This document shows, piece after piece, positions 1-9,393 of a stretch of 64,000 nt of DNA. The stretch lies in IMG/VR virus record IMGVR_UViG_3300022188_000006, positions 64,001 through 128,000 of that record; one strand, 5' to 3'. The notes beneath the pieces were generated by a model. That model was not told where the DNA came from, searched no databases, and saw nothing but the letters and a program-made list of their open reading frames with translations. Origin of the DNA: a virus. How positions within the stretch are numbered: position 1 is the stretch's first letter; every line of letters begins with the position of its first letter. Both the position numbers and the translations under genes were made by a program.

Positions 1-1176
1 CTTTATAGGATCGAAGTATTCGACGAGGTCATTCTTCAGAACAGCGCTCGGCCGACCTCCCCCAACAGGTACAACGTAGAGACTGACCATACAACAAGCA
101 GTATGATTGGTCTCAGCGCGTTGTCCCACGACTGCCTTCGCCTTCGCAACCCCAGGCTGAGCTTCTGCCAAGCTCTCATAGTCCTCGGCTGTGACGGCTC
201 GGTACAAGGCACGTAAAGACCGAGGACCTTCGAGACGGGCACTTTCGATCGACTGTTCATCTTCGCCGCCAGAAGCCGGTTCGGGATTTGTAGCCTTCAC
301 GGTGATAGGCGCGCCAGCATAGAGGATCGGCGACTCGATGATTGTTATCGTGTCGGCACCAACGTTTCCTTCTTGACCCCCGCCAACACGGTACTCGGCA
401 GTTATTGGCGCACCCGGATCAGGAATTTTTCCTTGGCCGTTGTCACCAAAAATGACATTGATGGTTCCGTCTGCCAGGCGCTTAGCCATACAGACCTTAT
501 CACAGGACAAAGATTCAATAAGAGTGTCGAGAATTTCCCATTCCTCTGGTCCGGCACCCTCGTCTACGAAGATTCTCGGCGTTCCCTCGATAATAGGAAC
601 TTCGGTGATCTTGAACTTCTGGTTCGGCAGGCCATCACTTGTACCTAAAAGCACGTTGCGTGATGTCTTGCCCTGTACGGCTCCGACTGTGCCCTCAAGT
701 GCGCCGGCAGGAATCGTTAGGTCCTGAACCGTCTCGAAGTAGATAGCATTCGACAGCTCATCTACTTGAGAACCAGCCCTGTCGCAGAGTGTCTTCAACA
801 GAGTGCCGCTGGGTATCACGAGATCGCCAGTCAACGGCTCAGCGAGACTGAACTTGATGTCTGCAGTAGCTGCGACTTTGCCGCGGAGCTGATAGTCAAT
901 CAACTTGAGAAGATTGACGACTGCTTCCCGCGTCACAGCTGTCGGCAGAAAAGCCTCACCAAAGACCCTATCAACGTAGAAATGCAGGACATCACCCAGC
1001 CCAGCAAACAACTCAATCAGAACGATACCGAAGTCAGATGGGTTGTAATCTGTCCATTCCGGCGTGAAGAACGGAATGGTCCGGATCATGTCGTCCCGAA
1101 TAGACTCAAAATCCCTGGATGTGTAATCCAGCGCGGGACGCTTCCAAAGATTGGGTCTCTGAGTGGTTGTTGCCAT
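1..1176 (-). CDS. Baseplate wedge protein (baseplate J / T4 gp6 / Afp11-like), 3' end outside window
   Basis: Not in the ORF track because it runs off the window. Hand translation from ATG at 1176 gives MATTTQRPNLWKRPALDYTSRDFESIRDDMIRTIPFFTPEWTDYNPSDFGIVLIELFAGLGDVLHFYVDRVFGEAFLPTA, the typical DYT-RDF...WTD-N-SD-G...E-F...E-FL-TA wedge N-terminus. Lies next to gp25. Confidence 0.88.
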   Translation of the reverse strand, partial: MATTTQRPNLWKRPALDYTSRDFESIRDDMIRTIPFFTPEWTDYNPSDFGIVLIELFAGLGDVLHFYVDRVFGEAFLPTAVTREAVVNLLKLIDYQLRGKVAATADIKFSLAEPLTGDLVIPSGTLLKTLCDRAGSQVDELSNAIYFETVQDLTIPAGALEGTVGAVQGKTSRNVLLGTSDGLPNQKFKITEVPIIEGTPRIFVDEGAGPEEWEILDTLIESLSCDKVCMAKRLADGTINVIFGDNGQGKIPDPGAPITAEYRVGGGQEGNVGADTITIIESPILYAGAPITVKATNPEPASGGEDEQSIESARLEGPRSLRALYRAVTAEDYESLAEAQPGVAKAKAVVGQRAETNHTACCMVSLYVVPVGGGRPSAVLKNDLVEYFDPIK

Positions 1177-1186
1177 TCAAACCGTC

Positions 1187-1651
1187 CTAGGCAGCCGGTG
1201 TCACCCAGGCTTTTCTTTGTTCCTCGCTCAGGAAGAACGGGAACACGATTGAACCCTTCTTGTGGCTCCTGACGATCGTAAACTCCACTGTTATCTCGAT
1301 TCTCCCGCGGCCCCACTCGGCCCGATCAATCGTTATCGGGCCGACAATTACGCGGGGCTCCCAGGTCTCGATAGCTGTCCGAATCATGTAGTCTATCTGA
1401 ACATCCAGCGACGGGTCATTTGGGTCGAAGACAATGCTCTTGAGCAATGAACCGAAGTCTCGCCGCATGAACCGCGTCCCGACCATGGTCCGCAGAATCT
1501 GCATCAGACTGTGCTCGATCAGCAGAATCTCATCACTGCGCGCGACGACGGTACCTTTGAACACGCCGCCTGTGCGACGGGTGAACTTGAACGGGAAATT
1601 CCAGCCCCGACCAAGGTACTCTCGCGGATTGTACTTACGCGCCAGATCCAT
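1187..1651 (-). CDS. Baseplate wedge subunit, GPW/gp25 family
   Basis: LGRGWNFPF...ILRTMVGTRFMRRDFGS...IETWEPRV motifs of gp25/Afp9-like proteins. Confidence 0.92.
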   Translation of the reverse strand: MDLARKYNPREYLGRGWNFPFKFTRRTGGVFKGTVVARSDEILLIEHSLMQILRTMVGTRFMRRDFGSLLKSIVFDPNDPSLDVQIDYMIRTAIETWEPRVIVGPITIDRAEWGRGRIEITVEFTIVRSHKKGSIVFPFFLSEEQRKAWVTPAA

Positions 1652-2096
1652 CGCTAGCTTCCTTTGGACCGTTAACCACCTCTGACAGGAGTTTGGCTGC
1701 CAACTGTTGGCGCTCCTTCAAAAGGGTAATCTTCCTCCCGACGTCATATTTCTTGGCCAGCTTCTCCTCGGGCTTCATCGCGTTTATTTCCTCCCGAATA
1801 TCCATAGCCAAGCGCTCAAGGTGATTGCGGAAGCATAGCAATTCCAGGTCATCGCCGTGTTCCGCAATAAAAGCATCGACGCGCTGCAACAGCGATGTCA
1901 CGTTGTTCAGCGCACCTCCGAGACTTTCGCGCCGCCAGTTGACGCGGTCGATCTCCTGCTTCAGCTTCTTTTGATACTCCTCTAACTTCTCTATTCTATG
2001 CGGGGACGCGCTTCCCTGCAAGTCAGAGGCGACTGCGACAAAGAGATCCCTACTTGGCTCGCTCAAGCTTTCGTACAGTTTCCGGACACCGGACAT
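1635..2096 (-). CDS. Hypothetical coiled-coil protein
   Basis: 153-aa helical ORF, GGAGG SD, tightly packed in the baseplate operon. Confidence 0.6.
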   Translation of the reverse strand: MSGVRKLYESLSEPSRDLFVAVASDLQGSASPHRIEKLEEYQKKLKQEIDRVNWRRESLGGALNNVTSLLQRVDAFIAEHGDDLELLCFRNHLERLAMDIREEINAMKPEEKLAKKYDVGRKITLLKERQQLAAKLLSEVVNGPKEASDGSGA

Positions 2097-2108
2097 TCCA
2101 CACCTCCT

Positions 2109-2384
2109 TTATCCGTTGGCAAACGTCGTGGCACTGCACGACACGTGAGGATTCGGGGGATGCGGACACGGATCCCCCGCGTGATTATCGCCACATCTCG
2201 CCACTCCGCGTCCATTGGCAAATACAGTGGCGCTGCACTCTACCTGGACTGTTGTGCCACAGTGTGCATCTGCATCCCCACACCGATGCACACCCCGACC
2301 ATCGGCGAAAACGCTGGAACTGCAACCGACGGCCACAGCCCCGCAAGCATGCACGTCTCCACATCGCGCCCAACCAGGCATCAT
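2109..2384 (-). CDS. PAAR-like spike-tip protein
   Basis: Three RCGD...C-S-x-x-[VT]FA[DN]G repeats, Cys/His-rich. Start reassigned to ATG 2384 (ATGA overlap with the upstream gene). Confidence 0.85.
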   Translation of the reverse strand: MMPGWARCGDVHACGAVAVGCSSSVFADGRGVHRCGDADAHCGTTVQVECSATVFANGRGVARCGDNHAGDPCPHPPNPHVSCSATTFANG

Positions 2385-2602
2385 TTGTCCCCCGACTTTC
2401 CACAGTTCCCGCACCACGGAAAGCTATGATACTGGTCCTTACGCTTAACAGTCCGTGCCACAATTGGCGCTGAACAATCAGGACACGGCTCCCCTAATCG
2501 GAAGCTGCCCTCATCAGTCACAACCTGGATATGGGAAAAATCCAAGACAGTCTCGCCTTCCGCGTCTCGTTCTATGTAGATAGGCTCAAGTTTCGGCAAC
2601 AT
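2381..2602 (-). CDS. Small Zn-ribbon protein
   Basis: CPDC...CGNC, 73 aa. Confidence 0.6.
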   Translation of the reverse strand: MLPKLEPIYIERDAEGETVLDFSHIQVVTDEGSFRLGEPCPDCSAPIVARTVKRKDQYHSFPWCGNCGKSGDK

Positions 2603-2610
2603 AGGAAATC

Positions 2611-3504
2611 CTAGTTATGGTCAATTCTGGGAGCGTAATCGACAATATGCGAACCCGCTGTCCTCGATATCTCGTTCCCAACCTGCTGAGTGAAACTCGC
2701 CCCTACCGTCTCTATCTTATTCTTGTCGATCATGATGATCTCGTTCCCTTCGATGTGCCGGATGTAGTCACCCTGTACGTGCAAAGTGGCATCCCCATGC
2801 ACATGCACGTTCCATTGTCCCTTGATGTGCTCGTCGCGGTCGACTTCGATGTAGAGATACCTCCGCACCTGAACGTGCTCGGTAACCGTACCGTCAGGAT
2901 GCACCTCCAGCCAGGTGCGCTTTGGGTGCCAGATATGAATGCGCTCCTTTCCGGGGGTGTCATCATACTCAATGACAATGCCACTCTTTGTCTTCAGGAC
3001 ACGGTTCCTGGGGTACGTCGGATCAAAGGAGATTGGTGGCTCATGCAGCACACGCCCATCAGCCGTAACCATTTGGTCCGTTCCCTTCGGCGGTACCTGT
3101 GACTCATCCGGAATCTCACGCGCCAGCATGGGAACCTCACTGCCGCCAGCTGGCTCAGACCACCAGCGCCCACTCCAAACCGGCCGACATGGATCCCCGG
3201 CTTCAAACTCCACCCAGACACCATCGCCAATGTCAGGAACCAAGAAATCTCCCTTGTCCCCGTTTCTCTCGGGATTCAAGACCGGCTGATCTTCCGGTCT
3301 CTCGGGCACATCCTTGCGTTTGTTGATAGCCCCCAGCCAGCCATTTTTGGGAAACGCCCAGTCACTCACAAGATCCGTTCCGAACACCTCTGGAATCTGG
3401 AGGACAAGCCTACCCAGCTTCCGCGGATCATCATTGTCCACCACAAGGGCGCGATAGATGCCGTAGTACTTCTTTTCGGAGAATAATTCACTACGCTCGG
3501 CCAT
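2611..3504 (-). CDS. Baseplate central spike (gp5/gpV/VgrG C-terminal-like)
   Basis: OB-fold motifs YGIYRALVVDNDDPRKLGR...PDIGDGVWVEFEAGD, then YPRNRV-KTKSG..IEYDDTPG-ERI and VxG beta-helix repeats ending in IDHN. Confidence 0.92.
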   Translation of the reverse strand: MAERSELFSEKKYYGIYRALVVDNDDPRKLGRLVLQIPEVFGTDLVSDWAFPKNGWLGAINKRKDVPERPEDQPVLNPERNGDKGDFLVPDIGDGVWVEFEAGDPCRPVWSGRWWSEPAGGSEVPMLAREIPDESQVPPKGTDQMVTADGRVLHEPPISFDPTYPRNRVLKTKSGIVIEYDDTPGKERIHIWHPKRTWLEVHPDGTVTEHVQVRRYLYIEVDRDEHIKGQWNVHVHGDATLHVQGDYIRHIEGNEIIMIDKNKIETVGASFTQQVGNEISRTAGSHIVDYAPRIDHN

Positions 3505-3506
3505 GG

Positions 3507-3725
3507 CTACATTTCTATCTTACAAACAGGACACCACCAGGCGCGCGTCCAGCCAGACGGCGTCTTTTTGGCTTTCTCGTGCAAAACCGTATGACAACGC
3601 GGACACTCATCTCCTCTACGGTGCTGCGACAGATGCGTCTTGCGTATTTGTGGCTCACGTGGCTTAGAAAACCACGGCGGGACCTCCGAACCGCGTCTAA
3701 TCGCGCCGCTCCTGCAACAGCTCAT
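3507..3725 (-). CDS. Small Zn-ribbon protein
   Basis: CPRC...CPVC, ATGA overlap with the hub gene. Confidence 0.6.
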   Translation of the reverse strand: MSCCRSGAIRRGSEVPPWFSKPREPQIRKTHLSQHRRGDECPRCHTVLHEKAKKTPSGWTRAWWCPVCKIEM

Positions 3726-5041
3726 AAGCCTACCGTTCCGGCACTGCTCAGTTCAACAGTCTTGTTTCCAAAGCGATTCCCTAATGGACCTCCGCGCCAG
3801 GTGCGTGTCACCTGAAAACTGGCTAGGAACCCTCTCTTTCCGACCTCTGTCCGAAGCCTTCGAATATAGTACTCTCCACTGTCCCTGCCGATACCGATTA
3901 GCTCCACACAATCGCGAACACGAAGGTCTTCAAGGGCAAATGTCCTGGCGTCACCCGCGACCAGCCAGCGCGTACTCTGCGAAACACCTTCGACCTGGTC
4001 CTGCAAGCTGAACCTGGTTTGTTTGTGCCCCTCCTCGAATAAGAAAGCATCGCCCTGACCAATGGTTTCGCTGATTACACTCAGTTTGTCAGAAGAAACA
4101 ACCTGCATGTTTCTGGCTGCCGCCTCTGTTTTCTCTGTCACCTCGTCCTTCTTTTCTTGGCTCTGCACCGTAAAGACCTCCCTGGAAAGCGGATCCACCT
4201 GAGAAGCGACCACGCGGGAGCCGTGGCCCAAGGGTGTCTGCCCGACAGTAGCGTTTCTCAAGGTACTTTCCTGCCCGTGACCGTAAATCAAGCGCCACAT
4301 GGGCTTTCTGTATCTGGGAGCGTGGAAGTGCAGAATCGGCCCGCCGGTCATGTGCGGACCGTGGTCCACGAACACCTGAAATCCGTAATAACGAGCACGC
4401 TTGTCAAGGAACTTCCAATCACTCTCATTCATTTGCGCAACGTGTTCATGAATTGGTTCTGTCTGGTCGACGTCGGCTTGCCAGCCGTACTCAGCAGCAA
4501 TTTGCTCGGCAATCTCAGAATCGCGCAGGTTTCTCCACACCCTACGCTTCTCTGTTAGTGTCAGTAGGACTTCCTCACCGTATCCCACAATGACAACATG
4601 TCTGGTCCCGGCCTCGCTCGCACCGTGTCGGATCCTGGCACCCTGACTGTAGAACAGATTGCCTCGCCGTTTCATGCCGGTACCGCGATATCCGAGCATT
4701 AGCTTGATCTCTTTCCCTTGTTCAAAGATGTTGCTACCGGCAAAATCCGGGACAGACTCAGAAAGCACTATCTCAATACGGGACACCATGTGCTCCGAGG
4801 TCTCGTCCACCTCGATGCGCTCTATTGGCGACCCATTCGCCTCGAACAACGTACCGCCGATATCAAGAACATAGTCTACTTCACGTCGGTCGCTTATTTG
4901 TGGTCTAGGACGTAAGTAGGACGCGGTATACGTTCCGGTCGCCGGAGAAGGCAACGTCAGCCGATCCGCTGCCCGGAGTGCTTTCACTAGGCCGCCACGA
5001 ATCACCGAAGCTGCATTGCAGGGAGTACCTCGACCCATCAT
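3722..5041 (-). CDS. Baseplate hub (late control D / gp27-like)
   Basis: RVWRNLRDSEIAEQIAAEYG...QMNESDWKFL..RA..YGF...L-GIG..SGEYY motifs; position before the spike gene. Confidence 0.88.
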   Translation of the reverse strand: MMGRGTPCNAASVIRGGLVKALRAADRLTLPSPATGTYTASYLRPRPQISDRREVDYVLDIGGTLFEANGSPIERIEVDETSEHMVSRIEIVLSESVPDFAGSNIFEQGKEIKLMLGYRGTGMKRRGNLFYSQGARIRHGASEAGTRHVVIVGYGEEVLLTLTEKRRVWRNLRDSEIAEQIAAEYGWQADVDQTEPIHEHVAQMNESDWKFLDKRARYYGFQVFVDHGPHMTGGPILHFHAPRYRKPMWRLIYGHGQESTLRNATVGQTPLGHGSRVVASQVDPLSREVFTVQSQEKKDEVTEKTEAAARNMQVVSSDKLSVISETIGQGDAFLFEEGHKQTRFSLQDQVEGVSQSTRWLVAGDARTFALEDLRVRDCVELIGIGRDSGEYYIRRLRTEVGKRGFLASFQVTRTWRGGPLGNRFGNKTVELSSAGTVGL

Positions 5042-5352
5042 CCTCCCTCACGCAACTCCCGAAGCGGAATCATAACTTCGCTGCCGGGAGGGATGTCAAG
5101 CGGCCACAAAACACCGTTTACCTCGGCTATTAGCCACCACAATTTGCACTTATCAGCGTTTTGCCCTGCGTACTCATAGGCTAACTGATCCAGTTCTTCT
5201 CCGCTGCGAACCTCGTGTATCGCCCAGTTCGGGTCGACGTCCTCGGCCGACAAGGGCTTTCTAGGGTGAACAAAATTTCTGGCCACCCCATCCCGACCTA
5301 TGATAGTCGTAAACTCGCTATTCTCGTACCTGCTACCAGAATAAACCGCCAT
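5038..5352 (-). CDS. LysM-like / tail X baseplate protein
   Basis: SRYE...HEVRSGEELDQLAYEY...LWWLIAEVNG...IPPG.V.IP. Confidence 0.85.
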   Translation of the reverse strand: MAVYSGSRYENSEFTTIIGRDGVARNFVHPRKPLSAEDVDPNWAIHEVRSGEELDQLAYEYAGQNADKCKLWWLIAEVNGVLWPLDIPPGSEVMIPLRELREGG

Positions 5353-5362
5353 GGCTTATCCC

Positions 5363-6010
5363 TCATTTCTTTTCATAAGGCGTCAACACGTACTCAGTGA
5401 AAGTCGCATCAACGAGTGCCCTAGTTGTTTTTCTTGTAAGAGGATGAATAGCAAGCCTCTTTATGCTCATGTTGGTGAGGGCGCATTTGAAGAAACTACT
5501 GGTAAGGAAAACGAGTAATACCGCTGCCTGATCATAGCCCCAATCGCGTGTCGCCAATCTGGCATTGTTCGGTCGCATCACGTCCATGAGCCAATTGATG
5601 GAATCTTCCGTGCTTTTTGCCCCTCCACCTTTGACCTGATAATCACCTATATCATTGAACAGCAGCTGCATCTGCCATCTGCGAGGCTTCGTCACCTTGT
5701 ACTGTATGGGGACTATCGATCCATTTCTGAAAGCGACCTCCTGCCAATCAGCAACCTCTGTCTCCGTGAAGCTAGACGGAGCATAGTGACAAACTAGGCG
5801 CTCTGAAGGCTTTTTCTCAAGCGCAATAGTCATTCTCGCCGTTCGCGGATGGTAGGACCGTCCCTGACTGGCCACCAACCGAACTACTTTGTTGTCGGTA
5901 ACCGGGGCAGCTTCACGACTCTGGTCCACCTGGACGTCGTTAGTACTCGGCGTGCCACGCTCATCCTTGCGCATTCTCCTAATCGACTGATTTAGGAAGT
6001 AGCTTCCCAT
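5363..6010 (-). CDS. Tail tube initiator (gp48/Afp7-like)
   Basis: Y-P-S-F...W...IQY...LLFND...C-LTNMSI...RA-VDATF-EY pattern; lies between tape measure and LysM genes. Confidence 0.65.
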   Translation of the reverse strand: MGSYFLNQSIRRMRKDERGTPSTNDVQVDQSREAAPVTDNKVVRLVASQGRSYHPRTARMTIALEKKPSERLVCHYAPSSFTETEVADWQEVAFRNGSIVPIQYKVTKPRRWQMQLLFNDIGDYQVKGGGAKSTEDSINWLMDVMRPNNARLATRDWGYDQAAVLLVFLTSSFFKCALTNMSIKRLAIHPLTRKTTRALVDATFTEYVLTPYEKK

Positions 6011-6021
6011 AACTTCTCCGA

Positions 6022-9000
6022 CTACAGCGGTATACCGCGCATAGCACTCGCAGGAGCATTACCGTGTCGCAACAGTTCTTCCCTACTTACCCTAGCTATG
6101 GCTGTCCCCACCTCCTCGCCGTCCATAGTGACGGTCACCGGTATAATTATATCCCCACGGGTCTCCACCCCTGCAGGTGCAGGAGAAGGTGCAGCGGCTG
6201 GAAGGTGGCGAGTAACAATGCTAGGGATCAACGACTCAGCACGAGCAACTGCAACCTGTGGTGCTGGCAACTGACCTCCTAGAGTCCCAGTAGGCAGAAT
6301 TGGGGCAACCGGAGCTGCAACAGCAGCAGCCGTTGCCAGCGCAGCATGTTTCAGGCGCTCAAACGAGCCTGTAAGAGAAAGCATGCTCCTAGTCGCTTCT
6401 GCCGCACCTTCCGGAATATGTAGAAAGCCAGATCCGTGCATGGCTTTCTTGCTGCCTTTTGCCTCCCCGGCAATCCAGGAGAACATCTTGCCAAGAACCC
6501 CAAGATGCTTGACCGCGTCCTTAATCATGTCGCGGATACCAGCCTTGAATCTCTGACCAATGGTCAGAATCCAATCGCCGATTTTTGAAACCATGTTCCA
6601 CAAAGTGTCGACTAGGCTCCTTGCCCAGCTGTTTATGCCGTTCCAGATTGAGGTCGCCACAAGAACCATCATCTTCACCAACGCCCGCGGTATCACTGTG
6701 ACAATCCACCACACAAGCTTGAGCACACCCAAAGTAACCTGCTTGAACCACCACTTGGCCACAGACCAAATGACCCCTGCTATTTTCTTGGCCGCATTTT
6801 CGATGAAAGCACCCATGTTAAACCACTTCATAAATGATTCCCGTAATTTCTCGGCATGCTCGGTAGTCGGACTCAAAATATATGCGATAAAATCCCCAAG
6901 CATCTTTAGCGATCTGACGACAAGGGTAATTCCCCAGGCTAGGATCCTCACGGGCAAAAGAAGACCAGTGAAGAGGTACTTTGCTGCTATCCCGACAACC
7001 CGCATAATTTTGGCTAGGCCTTCGACATTGTCTCCCGCCTTTTCTGTTCCGGAAAGCAGTCTGCCAAGTACCCTGAATAGCGGCCCAAAGGCCTCACCAA
7101 GAGCCGAGCCCAGCTCGCTAAAAGCTGACCACACTCCTTCCAACGCATCAAGGAATCCAGCGACAAAAGCCATGGAAGCAAAATATAGAGTCTTAATTAC
7201 CGGGACTAAGACTCCAAGTATAGGACGAACAACTTTTCCGATCGCCTCTCCAATGGCGATCATTTTTCCACGGAATACTTCTGCTTCATTGGTTCCGAAC
7301 AGTCGGTCAAGAAACTCATCAATCATGCCGAGAATACTTGGCAGCTTTTCAAGCGGACCAAAAACACCTTCTAGTGCTTTACTGATTCCTTCTCCGACAA
7401 AGGACACGGCCTGCCACAGCCTAGAGAAGAATCCTACCAGTAATTTTACCAAAGCCACGACGGCAAGGAGTGGCGGATTAAACACCAAGAATGCCTCTGC
7501 CAGCGACCTAATTCCCCTCTCCCCGGAAGCAAGCATTTTCCACAGCTTGTACAACCCAACAACAATAGCTGCTACCCCAACGACAACCCACGTCCAAGGA
7601 TTTGCAAGTACTGCCGCAGTAAAAGCCCACATAGCACTCGTAGCGGCCCATATACCGCCGCTTAGAACCCACTGCGATGCCGCCTGAGCATAGTTGGCGA
7701 TAGTCTGCCGCGCTGATAACGCTATTTGCTTTAGGCGGATAACAATCCCTGCTTCTCCAGCAATGTTTTCGGCTATTTGGGCACCTACAAGCTTTTCCAG
7801 TGCCCCAATGGCGATCAAGACATTCTGCCTGAACCCTTGGAACATCGTAATCATGCGACCAAGAATTACAAGCCCGCCCAGTATTGTCACTCCGAGCACC
7901 GCCACCGCGCCTATGAGTCCGGTGACAGGTGCAGGAATCAACCTCAAAACAGCTACGACCCCTCGAAGCAACATAACGAAGGGCATCAGGATCGGCCCCA
8001 AAAACATCCCGATTCGCACCCCAAGCTGTTTCACCTCTTCACCAAGCAATTTTAGCTGGGTTATCAGGTTAAGCGATCCGCGCGCTGCTTCCCTTTGAAG
8101 CGCTGAGGAATCAGCAAATGTTTTTCCGAGATCCTGCACCAAACCAGGCATCTGCCCCAGATGTTTGCCGAGATTCTGGAATGCAGTCAGCTCGCGTTCC
8201 GATGCCAAGCCCAAAACCTTGACCTTTGTTGCCTCTGACTGGTCTCCGAGTGATTTCAGGCCGCGCATGATCAGATTAACACCGCTGGCCAGATCACCTG
8301 CACGGAAAGCGGCAAGCACCTGTTCCCGGGCCATGCCACGAAGCCCCAGCTCAGCAGCCTTAGTCGGATCTCGCAGACGCTCCAGTACAGTTCCGGTTAT
8401 ACGCACAGCCTCGGCGGAATCGAGTCCGGCTTTTCGCAGGCCAATAACTATGCCGGTGAACCCGGTAAGCTGCATACCGGTTTGCTTCATCGCAGCACCG
8501 TACTCACGCACACCTTGGATAAGTGCCGAAACATCGAGCTTGTAACTACGGGCGGCCGCAGCCAGCCCACCCATCTGCTTTCTGGCTTGTTCTGCCGAAG
8601 ATCCGAAACCGACCACTAGAGCTTTAGCCAGCTTGCCTGATTCTTCTCTCGACACCTTGGTCGCCAGTGAGAACTGGAAAATCTCCATGCTGAAGGCTTT
8701 TAGGTTTCTTTCGCCTTTAACCCCGACAACCGCCAACTCTGCAACCGAGTCGATGAAAGTGGCCGCGCTCCTGCCGGCAGCAGTCATTGCTGCAGCGTAA
8801 GACTCGGCACTGGCACTAGCACGCGCAAAAACGTCAGAGGTTTTTGCGATAGCTGTTTGCAGGTCGTAGGCCGACTCAACCACACCGCCCACCACCTTGC
8901 GTAGCCAGAGATACGCGCCAGTCATGAGGGTAAGGTCTGAGCCGATGCTGCTCTGGGCCTGCCTCGTGGCTCCGGCCATGCCACCCATCGCGCCAATTAC

Positions 9001-9162
9001 ACCCCTACCAGCGGTCTGCACATCCTTCCGCAGCGTGCGTAGTGAGTTGTCCATCTTGCCAATGTTCTGTTGGACGTTGTCCAACGCCTTGATCATCGGA
9101 TCGTCCTTCACGATGAACTCAATCGCGAAGATCCGTTTGTTGCCAGGAGGGACATCGGCCAT
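6022..9162 (-). CDS. Tail tape measure protein
   Basis: 1046 aa, Ala/Gly-rich helical, hydrophobic central segments including LANPWTWVV; follows the chaperone genes. Confidence 0.92.
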   Translation of the reverse strand: MADVPPGNKRIFAIEFIVKDDPMIKALDNVQQNIGKMDNSLRTLRKDVQTAGRGVIGAMGGMAGATRQAQSSIGSDLTLMTGAYLWLRKVVGGVVESAYDLQTAIAKTSDVFARASASAESYAAAMTAAGRSAATFIDSVAELAVVGVKGERNLKAFSMEIFQFSLATKVSREESGKLAKALVVGFGSSAEQARKQMGGLAAAARSYKLDVSALIQGVREYGAAMKQTGMQLTGFTGIVIGLRKAGLDSAEAVRITGTVLERLRDPTKAAELGLRGMAREQVLAAFRAGDLASGVNLIMRGLKSLGDQSEATKVKVLGLASERELTAFQNLGKHLGQMPGLVQDLGKTFADSSALQREAARGSLNLITQLKLLGEEVKQLGVRIGMFLGPILMPFVMLLRGVVAVLRLIPAPVTGLIGAVAVLGVTILGGLVILGRMITMFQGFRQNVLIAIGALEKLVGAQIAENIAGEAGIVIRLKQIALSARQTIANYAQAASQWVLSGGIWAATSAMWAFTAAVLANPWTWVVVGVAAIVVGLYKLWKMLASGERGIRSLAEAFLVFNPPLLAVVALVKLLVGFFSRLWQAVSFVGEGISKALEGVFGPLEKLPSILGMIDEFLDRLFGTNEAEVFRGKMIAIGEAIGKVVRPILGVLVPVIKTLYFASMAFVAGFLDALEGVWSAFSELGSALGEAFGPLFRVLGRLLSGTEKAGDNVEGLAKIMRVVGIAAKYLFTGLLLPVRILAWGITLVVRSLKMLGDFIAYILSPTTEHAEKLRESFMKWFNMGAFIENAAKKIAGVIWSVAKWWFKQVTLGVLKLVWWIVTVIPRALVKMMVLVATSIWNGINSWARSLVDTLWNMVSKIGDWILTIGQRFKAGIRDMIKDAVKHLGVLGKMFSWIAGEAKGSKKAMHGSGFLHIPEGAAEATRSMLSLTGSFERLKHAALATAAAVAAPVAPILPTGTLGGQLPAPQVAVARAESLIPSIVTRHLPAAAPSPAPAGVETRGDIIIPVTVTMDGEEVGTAIARVSREELLRHGNAPASAMRGIPL

Positions 9163-9168
9163 TAGAAG

Positions 9169-9393
9169 TCACCTACGCTTTGCTGCTTCTATCTCTTCCT
9201 GAATGCGTTCTTGATGCTCTTCACATTTCTCGGCCCACTTGCGTCGCTCCTGTTCCGGAAGGTTAATCACTTCCGTGTAGGTCCAACCCTGGAGCGTCAT
9301 GCAGATGAGCCAGATCTCGGAATCTATTTCTTCGCAAACCGCTTTGTAGAAGGACTCTAGGTCCTCTCCCTCTGCGGCCTTCGGAACAAAAAA
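9169..9393 (-). CDS. Tail assembly chaperone, -1 frameshift extension (gpGT / E+E' type)
   Basis: The -1 frame opens across the slippery T TTT TTG (9387-9393) and reads FFVPKAAEGEDLESFYK...W-YTEV-NLP..ERR, typical of a gpT-like tail. Confidence 0.78.
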   Translation of the reverse strand, partial: FFVPKAAEGEDLESFYKAVCEEIDSEIWLICMTLQGWTYTEVINLPEQERRKWAEKCEEHQERIQEEIEAAKRR

